DNA of 64,000 nucleotides, from assembly GCA_040954595.2 (NCBI GenBank), contig CM082578.2, forward strand, positions 8,107,519 to 8,171,518, in the 5' to 3' direction. A program made the translations under genes and the position numbers. Within the stretch, counting starts at the first letter, position 1; each line of letters starts with the position of its first letter. Source of the DNA: Balanoglossus misakiensis (taxonomy: Eukaryota > Animalia > Hemichordata). The notes below the pieces were generated by a model. The model made no database searches, had not been told where the DNA came from, and saw nothing but the letters and a program-made list of their open reading frames with translations. Below, piece by piece: positions 12,899-24,377 of this stretch.

Positions 12899-13773
12899 GC
12901 CAAATAGCAGACTTTCTTGAATACCTTTTTGTCATAAAAAAATTACAAGCAAAAACTATAGCTGGATACCGTGCGGCTATCTCAGCAGTTCACCCAGGTT
13001 GGCAAGGTGTTCCCGTGGGTATGAATAAAGAACTGGAAAAGTTGATCAAAGCCTATTTTCAATGCAGGCCACCAGCCAGACGGTTAACCCCATCATGGGA
13101 CTTACCCTTGGTACTACTTATGCTAAATAAGAAGCCTTTTGAACCCATGAGTTCAGCACCTCTAAAATGGGTCACCTTAAAAACAATATTTTTACTAGCA
13201 ATTGTGTCAGGTAGACGATGCAGTTATTTACACGCACTGTCTGTTAATGAAGGACACATTCGTTGGGATTCAGGTGGGGTTACACTCATCCCAGCAGCAG
13301 GTTTCCTGGCTAAAAATGACTCTATGTCTTATATGGCCAAAAGCCTCAAAATTCCCAAATTATCAAACTTCTCAGGGGATATTGAGGATAGACATATTTG
13401 TCCATGTAGAGCTTTGAAATATTATATCAAAGCCACAAAAGATATCAGAAATAATACAAGTCAACTGTTTATTACCTTTGGTCTAAACACAAAGAAACCA
13501 GCTTCTAAAGATACTCTGGCAAGCTGGATTGTCCAAGTAGTTAAGATGGCATATACAAATGCCACAGAAAAGGACCGTCTTCTAGTGAGAGCACATGACA
13601 CTAGAAGTTTATCCTCTTCATGGGCATTATTCCAGGGAGTACCTATGAATGACATAATGGAGGCTGCCTCTTGGGCAGTGAACACAACATTTACCTCTTT
13701 CTATCTGAGAGACATGTTAGAGGGCAGAGGCACATTTGGAAAGGCAGTGCTGAGCTCTACGAAGTTCAAGTAA
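11365..13773 (+). CDS. DIRS ORF3, tyrosine recombinase with long N-terminal region overlapping pol
   Basis: C-terminal integrase-family domain with SGRRCS (R), LIPxxxFLAK, ICPCRAL, AHDTRS (HxxR), ASW and FTSFYLR (catalytic Y). Same frame as ORF1. Confidence 0.92.
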   Translation: MATHNTGRLGARCNKGGLQTRISITTSTFQGSKGNPLSSSASKLHKGGNICAIKQKGHRNGPAKFGSKRSWRKIPSLCLRGQDIPIQSPPLWPVVGTKNLHKDCKSDFSIPKEELTLPACISRRLASQTSGKKNISESKQGNVDSSCSFRMDSKHREVRPCSQTNFRVSRSKFQFEERPSLSLTDQKRGHTSLYNSNQIKHKTTSSMVSQVIGVDGLMHRPNPLDTSTHEANPTSCSGPLEATNQKSTSTHTNLNPPTQSPAVVGRFSQPVTSNEVGSTNCRFHIDNRCFPLGVGRSPGRATSCRSVVTDPEDKTYQLVGNASGIPFASTFQSSPNRMDPEPNDCSEIFYEMGQATHRSVCNKEKQTTPNLCITDTRPRSPRVSSVNSFTQSSENQESGLHSNPDSTILAKTTMVPRADGTASGHSTSSSNTRQNAVPATQQNLSSSSSDIQVNCMEVIKDQFIEKGFSVPAAVRASKARRKSTYKTYDSRVRIFFAWARERDISPLSATLGQIADFLEYLFVIKKLQAKTIAGYRAAISAVHPGWQGVPVGMNKELEKLIKAYFQCRPPARRLTPSWDLPLVLLMLNKKPFEPMSSAPLKWVTLKTIFLLAIVSGRRCSYLHALSVNEGHIRWDSGGVTLIPAAGFLAKNDSMSYMAKSLKIPKLSNFSGDIEDRHICPCRALKYYIKATKDIRNNTSQLFITFGLNTKKPASKDTLASWIVQVVKMAYTNATEKDRLLVRAHDTRSLSSSWALFQGVPMNDIMEAASWAVNTTFTSFYLRDMLEGRGTFGKAVLSSTKFK

Positions 13774-13850
13774 TTTAGGTGAGGACATATAGGTTAAGGT
13801 CAATAATATTGGTCCTGATCCCCACCGCCTATTGAACTTTGAATTCTGTG

Positions 13851-13952
13851 TTAGCCTATAGTATGGTCCTAACAGGTGAGTATAGATGCGCAGGAGAATA
13901 CACTTTTCCATATTGAAAAGGTTTTCTCCTAGCATCATACTCACCTGTTAGG
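13851..13952 (+). repeat. DIRS internal complementary region (ICR)
   Basis: 13851-13900 is the reverse complement of 9263-9312. 13895-13952 is the reverse complement of 14122-14179. Together they spell the circle junction ...AAAAGTG-TATTCT-CCTGCG... Confidence 0.95.
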
Positions 13953-14012
13953 CTCCCACCCGCCTCCCACACGTTCATGACCAATAAAACATATTTCTTT
14001 CGGGAGCGTCTC

Positions 14013-14137
14013 GAACATAAACTGAACTAGGACAGTGTCACATGGTCATGGCATGGGTTGGACGGGTCGATTTTCTCGACGGGGTAGACAGCTACTAGAG
14101 AACATTAGCCTATAGTATGGTCCTAACAGGTGAGTAT
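14013..14137 (-). repeat. DIRS right inverted terminal repeat, followed by a right-specific extension to 14179
   Basis: Exact reverse complement of 9280-9404. AATAAA at 13983-13988 just upstream. Confidence 0.95.
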
Positions 14138-16509
14138 GATGCTAGGAGAAAACCTTTTCAATATGGAAAAGTGTATTCTACATTTTAACCATATAATGAC
14201 AACCCCCTTAATATTAGAGTCGTTTGTAAGCCCTGACTTGAGTCCCCCATTTATTTTATTAACAAGTTCCCTTTCTGTATAGTCTGAGGGACAGATGTGT
14301 TCAATGATGGGGCAAATACATGTATTCACTGGTGCTTCCCTACCTTGGCAGAAGCATCAGTTTTCGAAGTATGTTAGGGATTCAAAATCCGTATTTTCTG
14401 CCCTCCTGCACCCCTTAGTTGCGCCATTACTCTGCACCCTCCAGTTGCTCTCAGGTCATAAGCTGAACCTCAGGGGAACTTCTAAAGCGCAAAATTAATG
14501 ACTCAACTAGGGGGTGTAGGAGAGAGTGCTTGTTTTGTGATATGCGGAAAAGTACCGATTTTGGATCCGTCGCATACCTCAGTTTTCATCAGACGCGTAG
14601 TTCAGACGAACTCGCTTAGAATCACAGTTTTGCTGTCTGTGACATGCAATCATTTGCCATGCTCATTGTCATTTGCGGTGGAATGACTTTTGGTATAATT
14701 TCAATTTTGTCTAGACATTGGAGAAATTACACAGATACGACCAGTTTGTCGAAATTATAAGTTCAAAACCGAGTACTGTATTTCAGGAACTGAAGTTACC
14801 GTCTTGGTTCATTGTGCATGTGGGGTGGTTTGCTGCTTAGAATGAAGAATTACAGAATTTACAGGCAGGGTTGGACCTTCACAACACATTGATAAGTTTG
14901 CTTATTATACAGTCCAAGACTGGGTGATTTAACAAATATGATTATTAAAAATAAAAAAATGGTGAAAAAGTAGTTGAATCTCTACTTTTTCTTTAAGTCA
15001 AACCATTCTAAGGAACTGTGGATAAATAAAACTAAAGTGGTAACAAGTTTCATTTGACCTCAAACCAATCCACCTGAATTTATACTTTGAACTTGAACTT
15101 TCACATAATGGCTACCCAGGCCCTCCCCCCAAAAGATGTGTTTGTTCTATCCCTCAAAATGAAAGTGAAATGAATTCAAGTGACATGTTGTCCATAAACA
15201 CAGTGGAAGAATTTATTCCTTGTAGCAATATCTTGGCCAGCCATATTATTGCTATAAAAAAGTCATGAAATTGTTGCACCAAAACTTAAATGCAAATATG
15301 CGTACGATAAATGGAACAGATTATATCCCACCCCTCAGCCACAACCATGAAGAAACTTTGTTTACCAGACATGTTTTAATATCCACAGCCCCTGAGGTTG
15401 TTATGCAGATCTATTTTTACCTTCAACTTTGTTACATTCTTATTTGAATAAGATTAGCACAGCCAGTATTTTTTCTTCTTCATCAAATAAAATCTGCAAA
15501 AATCAGCCATATTGGATTAGGTGTAACAAAATTAATGGATATGTCATGAAGTTGTCGTTTTTTCCGAACCCAATAGCTACAGCGGTTGGAAATTTGGGCC
15601 TTATCAAAGTAAACAAAAGGGGTAAATTCATCTCGGCTTTGAATTCTTTTTCAGTCCTTACCTTCAGTTGTACCACTTCTTTGGTAGGACGGGGTAGTGT
15701 TGTCCTTTGGCTTAAGTGTGAAATGTTATCAATTTAATTTTAATCAAGATGATTAAAAAGGAAAACAAACAAACTATAAGTGATGTATTTATAAGACTGG
15801 TCTTTATTTGTCACCCTGTATTGAAGTACAGGTTTTCTTTCAGGGCGGTACCCAGGTCAGTGTTACCAGGGTTTCCCCACACATTTTATGGGGTCCCCCA
15901 TTCTCCACACACAGACTAGCACGGAGAATTTTAACCTAGCTAAAGGGTCTGTACATAGTCTGCATGCTGATAGAGTATTGGTCACACCCCTTAGGTAGGT
16001 TAAAAGTATCCATGCTCGTCTTTGTGTGGAGAATGGGGTCCCCCCCCCCTTCCCCAGACTCAGCACAGCCCACAATTCGCTACAATGCTCTTCACTGACG
16101 CGCCCTCAACCGTTTACCATACTTCAAAATTACACCATTTCACTTCACAGTCTTAATGGAAAGCATCTATTTATCATGTTTATTCACAGAATTTAATTCA
16201 GAATACAGAGTACATTGCCGAACTTGTTAAATACTTCAATAAAGAGTTGTGCGTGACCTGTCACACTGAGACAACTAACACCAGTACTGCCCTAAATGGA
16301 AATTTAACTTCAGTCGAGGGACAAAGTTGTCCTATTTAAAATATTTTGGTCACTTTTGACTCAAGTAGTTATTTGAAATGTTATGGACACTATGAGAATT
16401 TCACATATTTTGGGGATATATACCAGAAATGATGTCATTAAGGTGTAACAACCAGTGAGGCAGTGTGGTTTAATCAGCAGACAAGCGTAACTTCTTGTAT
16501 GAAACAAAT

Positions 16510-16714
16510 ACTATAAAACAGGAAATTTTCGCCAACAGTAAATTATCGCAACCTTCGTGTAAGAAAAAACACCCACAAAATTAAATGTCGCCTAAAAATA
16601 GTTGTGAATGAACATGCCAGTTACATCAAGAAAGCGAAAATTAATCGTCGTCTAACAGTTGCCTCTTTTGAAATCACAAAAATTTCCTGTCGCAACAATT
16701 TCCTGGTTTACAGT
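16510..16714. mobile_element. MITE-like non-autonomous element
   Basis: Ends ACTATAAAACAGGAAATT / AATTTCCTGGTTTACAGT (18-bp inverted repeat, 2 mismatches). Related copy in the opposite orientation at ~59549. Confidence 0.7.
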
Positions 16715-18644
16715 TTAATGCAATACAAGTGAAAAAGCTAACAGCCACTGAACCCAGACCTTCTTCCATCTGCCACATGATCAGCCAAGCTGCTTGTCTG
16801 ACTAAATGCTGTTTGTAACACATAACCCGTGTGTACATTTTGTATAAAATTCCCCACTTGCCATTTTGTATTGGCATCTCAAATTTTCATTGATTGTCTA
16901 ATTTATCAAAGTTTCTCATACTTTATTCAAGGTAACTAGGAAAGTGCAGGTTAAGATTTTTGTACCTTCCCTTGTGTACAAACTGAATAAAAAGTGACAA
17001 AGTCCGAGCAAATCTGATTTCTCACTGGCGACATGCAAAATTTTTGGACATGTCTGTACAGTCGAACTTGGTTGAAAATGGTGTCGATATTCAAATTTTG
17101 ATCTTAAAAAGCCAAATTTAGTTGGCCAAAATAAGTCAACTATCTCTAAAAACGCAATCAATTTGTGTTTTAAAATGATCTGTACCACTTTGGAAACATC
17201 AATGTCAAAAATCGGACGTAGTTGCCTAATCAACATCTAAAATATAATACAAAATTCCATTTCTACCTAATAAAGGTAGGGTATATATACATGCCAAGAT
17301 CTCCCTAATATGCATGAACTAGAATCAAGTTGTTCTATTAAATATGAACAAGGAAGTTATACAGTGCCTTCAGATCTTACTGTAAAAAAAAGTTAATTTT
17401 GAAAAAGCATAATTGTCCATGACTACCATACAACTATTTTATAATTATGAGGTAATGACATCTCTCGATGGGGTAAAAAGAAAACAATCGGAGATAAGCT
17501 AAAAATGTTTTGGTCAATCAACAATCAAACCAAAATGTGATGATATTTTACAGTGTTCGATGCCACATGGAAAGGCAACAAAAACAGCTGACAGAAGCAC
17601 ACAGATATGACACAAAACAGAACAAAATGACATGGTTTAAAATGAAACAACATAGAATACATTTAGCTGTTTTGTACTTGTGCCTTGCGAGCCTTAAACT
17701 GTCAAATCTCATTGTCTCTGTATAATTAACACAAACTGCTATCTCTTACTGACAACAATAGTGGTGTGTTTTCTCTTTCAGAATGTGCACTTTGCAAAAC
17801 ATCATCTGAATTTTTAAACATGATTATAGATTGTTGATTGTAGATCATGATGCCCCCTTCGTGTCTGTGTGGTGTAAAATGGTCTTGAAGGATAGATATC
17901 ACAGACTGGGATGTACAGGTTGTACTCTCACGATATAGATATAATGGCCAAAATGACATCATTCTTGGGTCACATTAACCTTTGCTTCCTGTACTTCAAA
18001 CGTTGTTGAGAGGGACTCATACTTTTTTACATGGAAGAATCCCATTTCTTCTATAAATACAATGGTTGAATATACCTTATACTCAATATGTCAGAAACTC
18101 GCTTTGAGCGATTGCTATGGCTGTCACCCTGCTAATATTACATGCTTGCAGCACGTATCAACATCGACGTAAATGATTTTGGATGTATGAAAATGTGGGA
18201 AAATGAGATGGTGGGATGAAATGTGGTCAGAGAAACACCTGAATTAAAGATATGGATGCACGGAAAATGGTAAAGCAGAGATAACACGAACGGGAAAAAA
18301 AATGATAAAAGCTATAACAGTGTTCCATTTCTGCACAGCAGTGGATCTACACAAGTACACGGCTAGACATGAATCAAAATACTAGTTGACCAAATATTGG
18401 TAAGTCTGATCCAAATATTTTCTTTTAGTTTGGCAGCCATGAAGTTTCACGTAAGTATTGCAGGTTTTAGGGTTAGGGCTTTTGGCACATTTAATCTGAA
18501 CATGTATATGGTTCCACTGCTGTGCGAGTGTAGTGTCAGTACACAGTTACATCTACAAGTAAATGCTAGGAATTTTGCTAGTGCGAGACAAAGTAAACTG
18601 ATATTTTAGTTTCCTGAACATAATACACCGGCACTGGTTTCTTG

Positions 18645-21324
18645 TCAACAACCGCAGTTACGATCTTCTGCTTTATCTTGCTCACCCTTCACTTTAATAT
18701 GACCTCCAGCTTCCGTGCGTTCATCGTTAGAGTAAGCATTCAGTTTGTTTGCTGCCAGGATTTCATCTAACAGAAATCTGTAAGATAAAAACATTGGTAC
18801 AAGGATCCTGTTATGAGTAAATAAGTCATGAAACTCTGACACCCCACCCAAAAAAAAAACAACAACAACAACAACAACACATAAAACAGTCAATTTGAGA
18901 CACGTCATAAAGGAAACTATGGTAAAGTCAATTCAGTCTGATTACTTACTTCATTGCTTCTTGTACATTAGTGCCGTCTTTGACAGACATTTCTGTCCAC
19001 CCTATAAAATCGCTGTCTTTTGCTAGTTGCTCTATGTCATCTTCTGACACTGGCCTATCTGGTAAATCAGACTGTGGATGTAAACAACAGGGAATAAATC
19101 AAAGTGTCTCTGGCAATAACTGGACATAGACAAGCCATGGTTATTCAAGGAAGATTATCGGAAATGTGTTTACTGGTACTTGACCAAGTGATGCTTGGAT
19201 GTCACATATCCCCATTTCAAAAATGTGGTCCCAGTATCCACTGAATTCCATGCCGTTTCTGATGTGTTTACATATAAAACCATGTGCACTGGTTTCCTTG
19301 AGTTGAAATCCTGTTAGAAAATGTGGCTTGGGTGCATAACACGACAATTTCTGATGCTGGTGTACATGTATGTGATGTATTAATTCTGTATGTACCATTT
19401 AAACAGTGACTTCATGTAAACAAATGCTCTTGTTTATATCCAGCAATAAATTGCAATGTGCAACCTTTAACCTAGTCGGTCGTAATTCTGGCTTCGTAAC
19501 CAAGGAAACAGTAAAACAGGAAATGCAGCACAATTCCACTGTGGAGGGTAGATGCCGGTGGTTCTCTTACCTTATTCGCTATCAGAAGACACGGCACAGG
19601 TCGGCCGTCTGGAAGACTGACTTTGGAATCTAAATCTCGTTTCCATTTGATTATATTTTGAAACGTTTTCTTGCCAGTTATGTCAAACATAATAACACAT
19701 GCTGCTGCATCTTTGTAATATACCCTGGTCATCGACGAAAATCGCTCCTGCCCTGCAAATCCAGAAAATGATAAAAGATGTCAATTTCAAGTGAACTGGT
19801 TTGCTGTGGTAGATAGAAAGGAACACCATGCAACATTAACAGTTAATTGCAAGGAAACAGGCTTCGATTATCTTGTAAATGTTGGGTGGGGGCAAGAAAT
19901 CACTGGGTCTGTGAGGACCGACAGATAGGGCATACAGATGAGTCGATGCAGGCCAAATAGAAGATTTTCCCATTCCTGAATTTTTTAACAGATGAATAAT
20001 ATTAAGTCATGACATTGTGGTGTGCAGGACTAGTATTTTGACTATGAAAGTGCAATAAAAGTCAAGTACTTCATGTTCCTTACCTGCAATGTCCCACAGT
20101 TGTAATCTGACAGTCTCATTATCTGACACCTGGATTACTTTGAGCGCAAAATCGACTACAGATGAAAGATACAACAAAGCAGGGTGAGTAAACTTTGGAC
20201 ACATTTGACTACGAGTTTTACATTGACCTGAATGCAACACATCACAAATCTGTGATGATAATATCATTGAACTGCATCCATTGTAAAAGATTACACAATG
20301 ACATAGATATTGTAAGTGGCATGAGACACTAGTCTGTTCTGTCTCTGAGAGAATTGGTGTTGTGATTTTGAGAGGTGGGCAAGATTGAATTCTGTGCTCG
20401 GAAGTGAAACTAAGGTCTGTTTGTGATTTAATGAGATCAAAACACTTTTGTAATCTTACACTTTTGCAATCTTACACAATTATCCAGCAGGTCGTGACCT
20501 TAACTGCAAAGGTTAAAAACTAAGTTAGTTAACTTTTCACATAGAGAAATTGCTGTATTCAGTGACAGTGGGTAATTTCTTTCTCAGTTTGAGTCATTTT
20601 CAAATGTCAGCTGGAACATCATGAGGCGTTGGAAACAGTCAGTTTGAACCGTGACGTCAGGTCTGTGTAATATATGTGATCAAGTTGAATATGTTGAATC
20701 TCACTGTATGGGAATTTACAAGTAAACATACATGTAACCAATCAATGAGGAAGGCGGACAACTCAAAACCATCCCTTCTACCTCCATGTCTAACCCAGTG
20801 TGGTTGCAATGTCAGTACACCCTATGTCACTTATGCTACAGGTGGCAACAGCTACTTTACAATTTCTGCAGAGAAGTGTGCACTGGTGAAAGTGGTTGCA
20901 TCTTCATCACGGTCAAGGCGCCGGGGAGGCATAATTCTGTTTTGTACCGGTTGTATTTTAAGAACGTATAGACCCTTGTTGTTGTACCACTGTACCAGAC
21001 AAGCTAACCTAATTAAAGACACAGGTTTTATATTCAAATACTTAACAATGCCGGGATTCATTTTGGGATCTTTGTAATGTAGTCTCTGGCCGAGTTCTCA
21101 TAGAAATCCATGAATTGCCCCCTTGTTTGACATTGACAGGGTAGGTCGATTCGACCCCACAGAAAATTGACAAACTTTCTGTGTTGCCACAACTGTACAT
21201 ACGTACCTCCGATGGTAGTCTTGTACTCACGCCTGTACGAATCGTTTACATACCGCTGCACAAACGACGTCTTTCCTACCGTTGCATCGCCAATAATTAA
21301 AACTTTGAAAAGTCTTTCCGTCAT
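18645..21324 (-). CDS. RAB29: Rab29 (Rab7L1) small GTPase, Rab32/38/29 family, 208 aa
   Basis: Exons 21207-21324, 20084-20155, 19571-19752, 18950-19071, 18645-18777 (627 nt, GT-AG, phases consistent). Motifs GDATVGKTS, WDIAGQE (family-diagnostic), MTRVYYKDAAACVIMFD, PVPCLLIANK and a C-terminal CGC prenylation motif. Confidence 0.92.
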
Positions 21325-22412
21325 TTTCGGGCGGTGGGTAAGCGAAGTCGGTGAATTTATAAACTCCGCCCGCACGATCACCATTCACCTCCCATACGAA
21401 CACTAGCAGCCAAAACACCCGAAGAAAGTGTGAATTGGGCGAATCCTTTCGTAAAACACGCTATCGCGTGCTATGTGACAAAGACCATCTTTGTTTCAGA
21501 CCAGCGATGTCTGATTTGAATTCTATACGCACTGCACACAGCACAGGCAAGTGTATCGACGATGACTGCAGCGCAGTGAAACGAATTTCCTATCTTGAGG
21601 TCAGGGAACTGTGACAGGTCATGTGCCTTGCCTTGTGTCACCTGACTTATGCCTGTAACCTCGCACACAGTATATTTTTTGCTGTACGTATAAATAGAGC
21701 CAGTTTAGGTTTTCATATGTTTTCGGATATCCATTAAACGTAAACATATCAATTAGCAGCACTTTATGTTTTTTATGTTTCTTTTTCATTCGCTGAATTC
21801 ACTAAAAAATATAACATAGACTGCTGGAACTTGCAAGAGGGCGATAAGGAACACCTATCGTACCCGGCATCCTTCAGTGTTTATGCAAATCGGGTTGTAG
21901 CGGGAGTTCAAAAAATGTCCAAAGCTTGAATGAAAAAAGCAGAAATCGTGTTCATACTTGTTCCCAATTATTTAAATATATTTAAAGTCCAGCCATTGTA
22001 AGATATCAGGTAGGTGGCTTACTACGTTCCCGTCAAGGATATTTCGATGCCTCGCTTTTAATATTATGATACGATTTGCAAGGTTTGTCGATTTTTGTAC
22101 TTTGCATGGTAGTGATTTAGAATCCATTTTGATTATCATAGGGTCATGTCGGTGGGCATACGTAGCAATCAGATTAACATTTTCTGCTGTGTTTATGTCG
22201 GGACGTCATTTTACGCGCGAAATTCCCTTGCTGACAGGCGCAAAATGTACTAAGAAACCAAATCGTGCACAGCCCTTTGCGTTGATTGCTCTTATTGAAG
22301 TTATTCTGACACTCTTCTTGACCGTGTCAGTACTAGAAGTCTACCCTCTCATCCAGTGTTATAAATACAGAAATGCAGATGTGAATTTCTGTTTCAGGTG
22401 TTGTTGTATGCC

Positions 22413-24377
22413 ATGACCAGTAACAGCCACATCACTGCCAATAACTCCATTCATACTGGCTCAGTTGGAGAAGATGAAGTTGACTTTGCAAGGGTAGGTA
22501 TTGTCTGTAGAACTTCTTTTTAAGTTTTGGCTACATGTTACTGTTGACTGTCTAGAAATTCAATTATAGTCAGTGCCTAAGATCATATAGTGATTGCACA
22601 CTGTCACAATGACAGTTACATGTACATTTATGTTAGATTTATAAATTAACTGTACAGTGTCCTTCAGGTGGACCTGACCTTACATATGTACTTTGTGGAA
22701 ACTTACAAATGTATGATAAAGCATGTACAGTTTCATAGCATTGTTTCTTTGCTTTTAAAGCCCACCATTGGAGTTGAGAAGTTTGGAGAAACACCAAACA
22801 GCTTCCTTCCACCAGCTTCACATTATAAAAAGACAGATGACTATGTCAACAGAGCAATGAAAGAGGTTGGCAACTTGCCCTTTGCGCCAGTGGGTGACCA
22901 GCTGCAACAGAAACGGAAGGCGTACAATTTCAATGCAGAGTCATCAGAGGAAAATGCAGTGGACATGAAAAAGCAAAGACCAGGTTGGTTCACTGCTATG
23001 CGCCCAGTCTTTAGTTTTGCGTCATTTTTCAAGTTGACAAGTTTGGAAAATTCATCTTCATTGCTGTACTCCCTTTGGTTTCAATTGTTTTACATCTGAC
23101 AATCTATCCTCATCAACAGATGCTGCACCAAAGGCTAGGATGAATGAATGTTCAGTTGACGGAAGTGATCACATGGTTGTCATCACCGGTCCTGGTTGCA
23201 CAATTAATTGTAAGTAACACAAAAGAAAATCCCACACCGACAGGAGCATAGAGATTGATGGAATATTCAACAACCTTGCATACCTACCGTACATGTAGTT
23301 CACATTTGCTATTTGTATCACACGATGTCTTTTGTCTGTGTGTGTCATAACGTCAACGAAAGCCACTTGTCATATTGTCAGCTACTATGTCACTGCAACA
23401 TTCCCAGCTACAGCCAGTAGCTACTTTTACCTGAAATCTGCTTGCTTTTAGCAATCCTTTGATCGGTGCACCTGTGCAAGTCATTTATACGTTTGACACA
23501 AGGTACAGAATTGCAAGTTGGTCGAGGTCTCCAAAAGTGTACAGTCAATGCTAAACATTCAAATGGTTTAACTTTACCACTTTCAGTTAGAGAGTACTTG
23601 TCTAGAATAATCATTTTTTCCTGGCTTATTTCCACAGTGACTACTCCAAGTCCAACCAAACCATCACAGGGTTCTGACTCGACAGATTCAGGGGACAGAA
23701 ATGAGCCTGATAGTGGGCACCTTCCTCCAAGCAGCAACCAAAGTTCAGCTAGAGTGCCTTCTCAGAGTTGTGTCAGCAACAGTAATGCATCAAAAGGTAA
23801 TTGTTTCCCCATTTGCTGTCAGCATTTTCAATATAAAGTCCACATATACTAGTGTTGAACTTTAATTGATTGGGAACATGTGACTGGAACATTCAAGTTG
23901 AAAATTACTGTTTGCATATCATATCACTTTGGCAATGCCAGTTGGAAATTGGGCAATATGAATGATGATTTTTTTCTAGGAATCTTTGTATCATTTATTG
24001 GCAAGACAGAAGCATAGAGATTAATATAATTTTAAACTTAAAGATTGTTAGTAAATTTTGTTTTGTTTTATTTTATACATTTAGGCCCGAGTTTGAAGAA
24101 GATTTTCAGGTATGTCTCGGAGAGAATTCCTCACGAGTGGAAGAACGTCGCCAGGGAGCTGCCCATCACCGACGACAACCTGATCGAGGCGGAAATCCAC
24201 CAGATTGAAGAGCGCTACAGAGGGAACCTGAAGGAACAAGCGTACAACGGTTTGATCTTGTGGGAGAACAGCTGTGCTGAAGAGTGCACAAAGGAGAGGC
24301 TGATTGAAGCCCTGAGGAACTGCCGTCTCAACTACGTGGTGCGCGAGCTGAGCAAACAAACTTGGATGAAGACATAA
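22413..24377 (+). CDS. Death-domain protein (281 aa): low-complexity N-terminus and C-terminal FADD/RIP1/IMD-like death domain
   Basis: Exons 22413-22493, 22761-22983, 23120-23209, 23638-23796, 24085-24377 join in phase (846 nt). The last exon encodes a death-domain pattern (HEWKNVAREL...IEERYRGNLKEQAYNGLILWEN...LIEALRNCRLNYVV). The start codon is less certain than the domain. Confidence 0.75.

Larger units (their letters stand above)
9263..14179 (+). mobile_element. DIRS1-like tyrosine-recombinase retrotransposon with complete termini and internally deleted pol
   Basis: gag-like ORF, RT/RNaseH/MT ORF and overlapping YR ORF, flanked by inverted terminal repeats, with an internal complementary region matching both ends. 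TATTCT core present at both junctions (9263-9268 and 14174-14179). Confidence 0.96.

Noticed and set aside
9263-14179. Reading the recombinase/methyltransferase/RT module as a prophage, retron or bacterial contaminant
   Set aside because: The ITR plus ICR architecture and the motifs are those of eukaryotic DIRS1 elements, and the flanks are spliced animal genes.
21325-21384. In-frame upstream ATG giving a 20-aa N-terminal extension to Rab29
   Set aside because: ATG 21324 has AAAATG context and matches the usual Rab29 start. The extension cannot be supported without TSS data, but it is not excluded.
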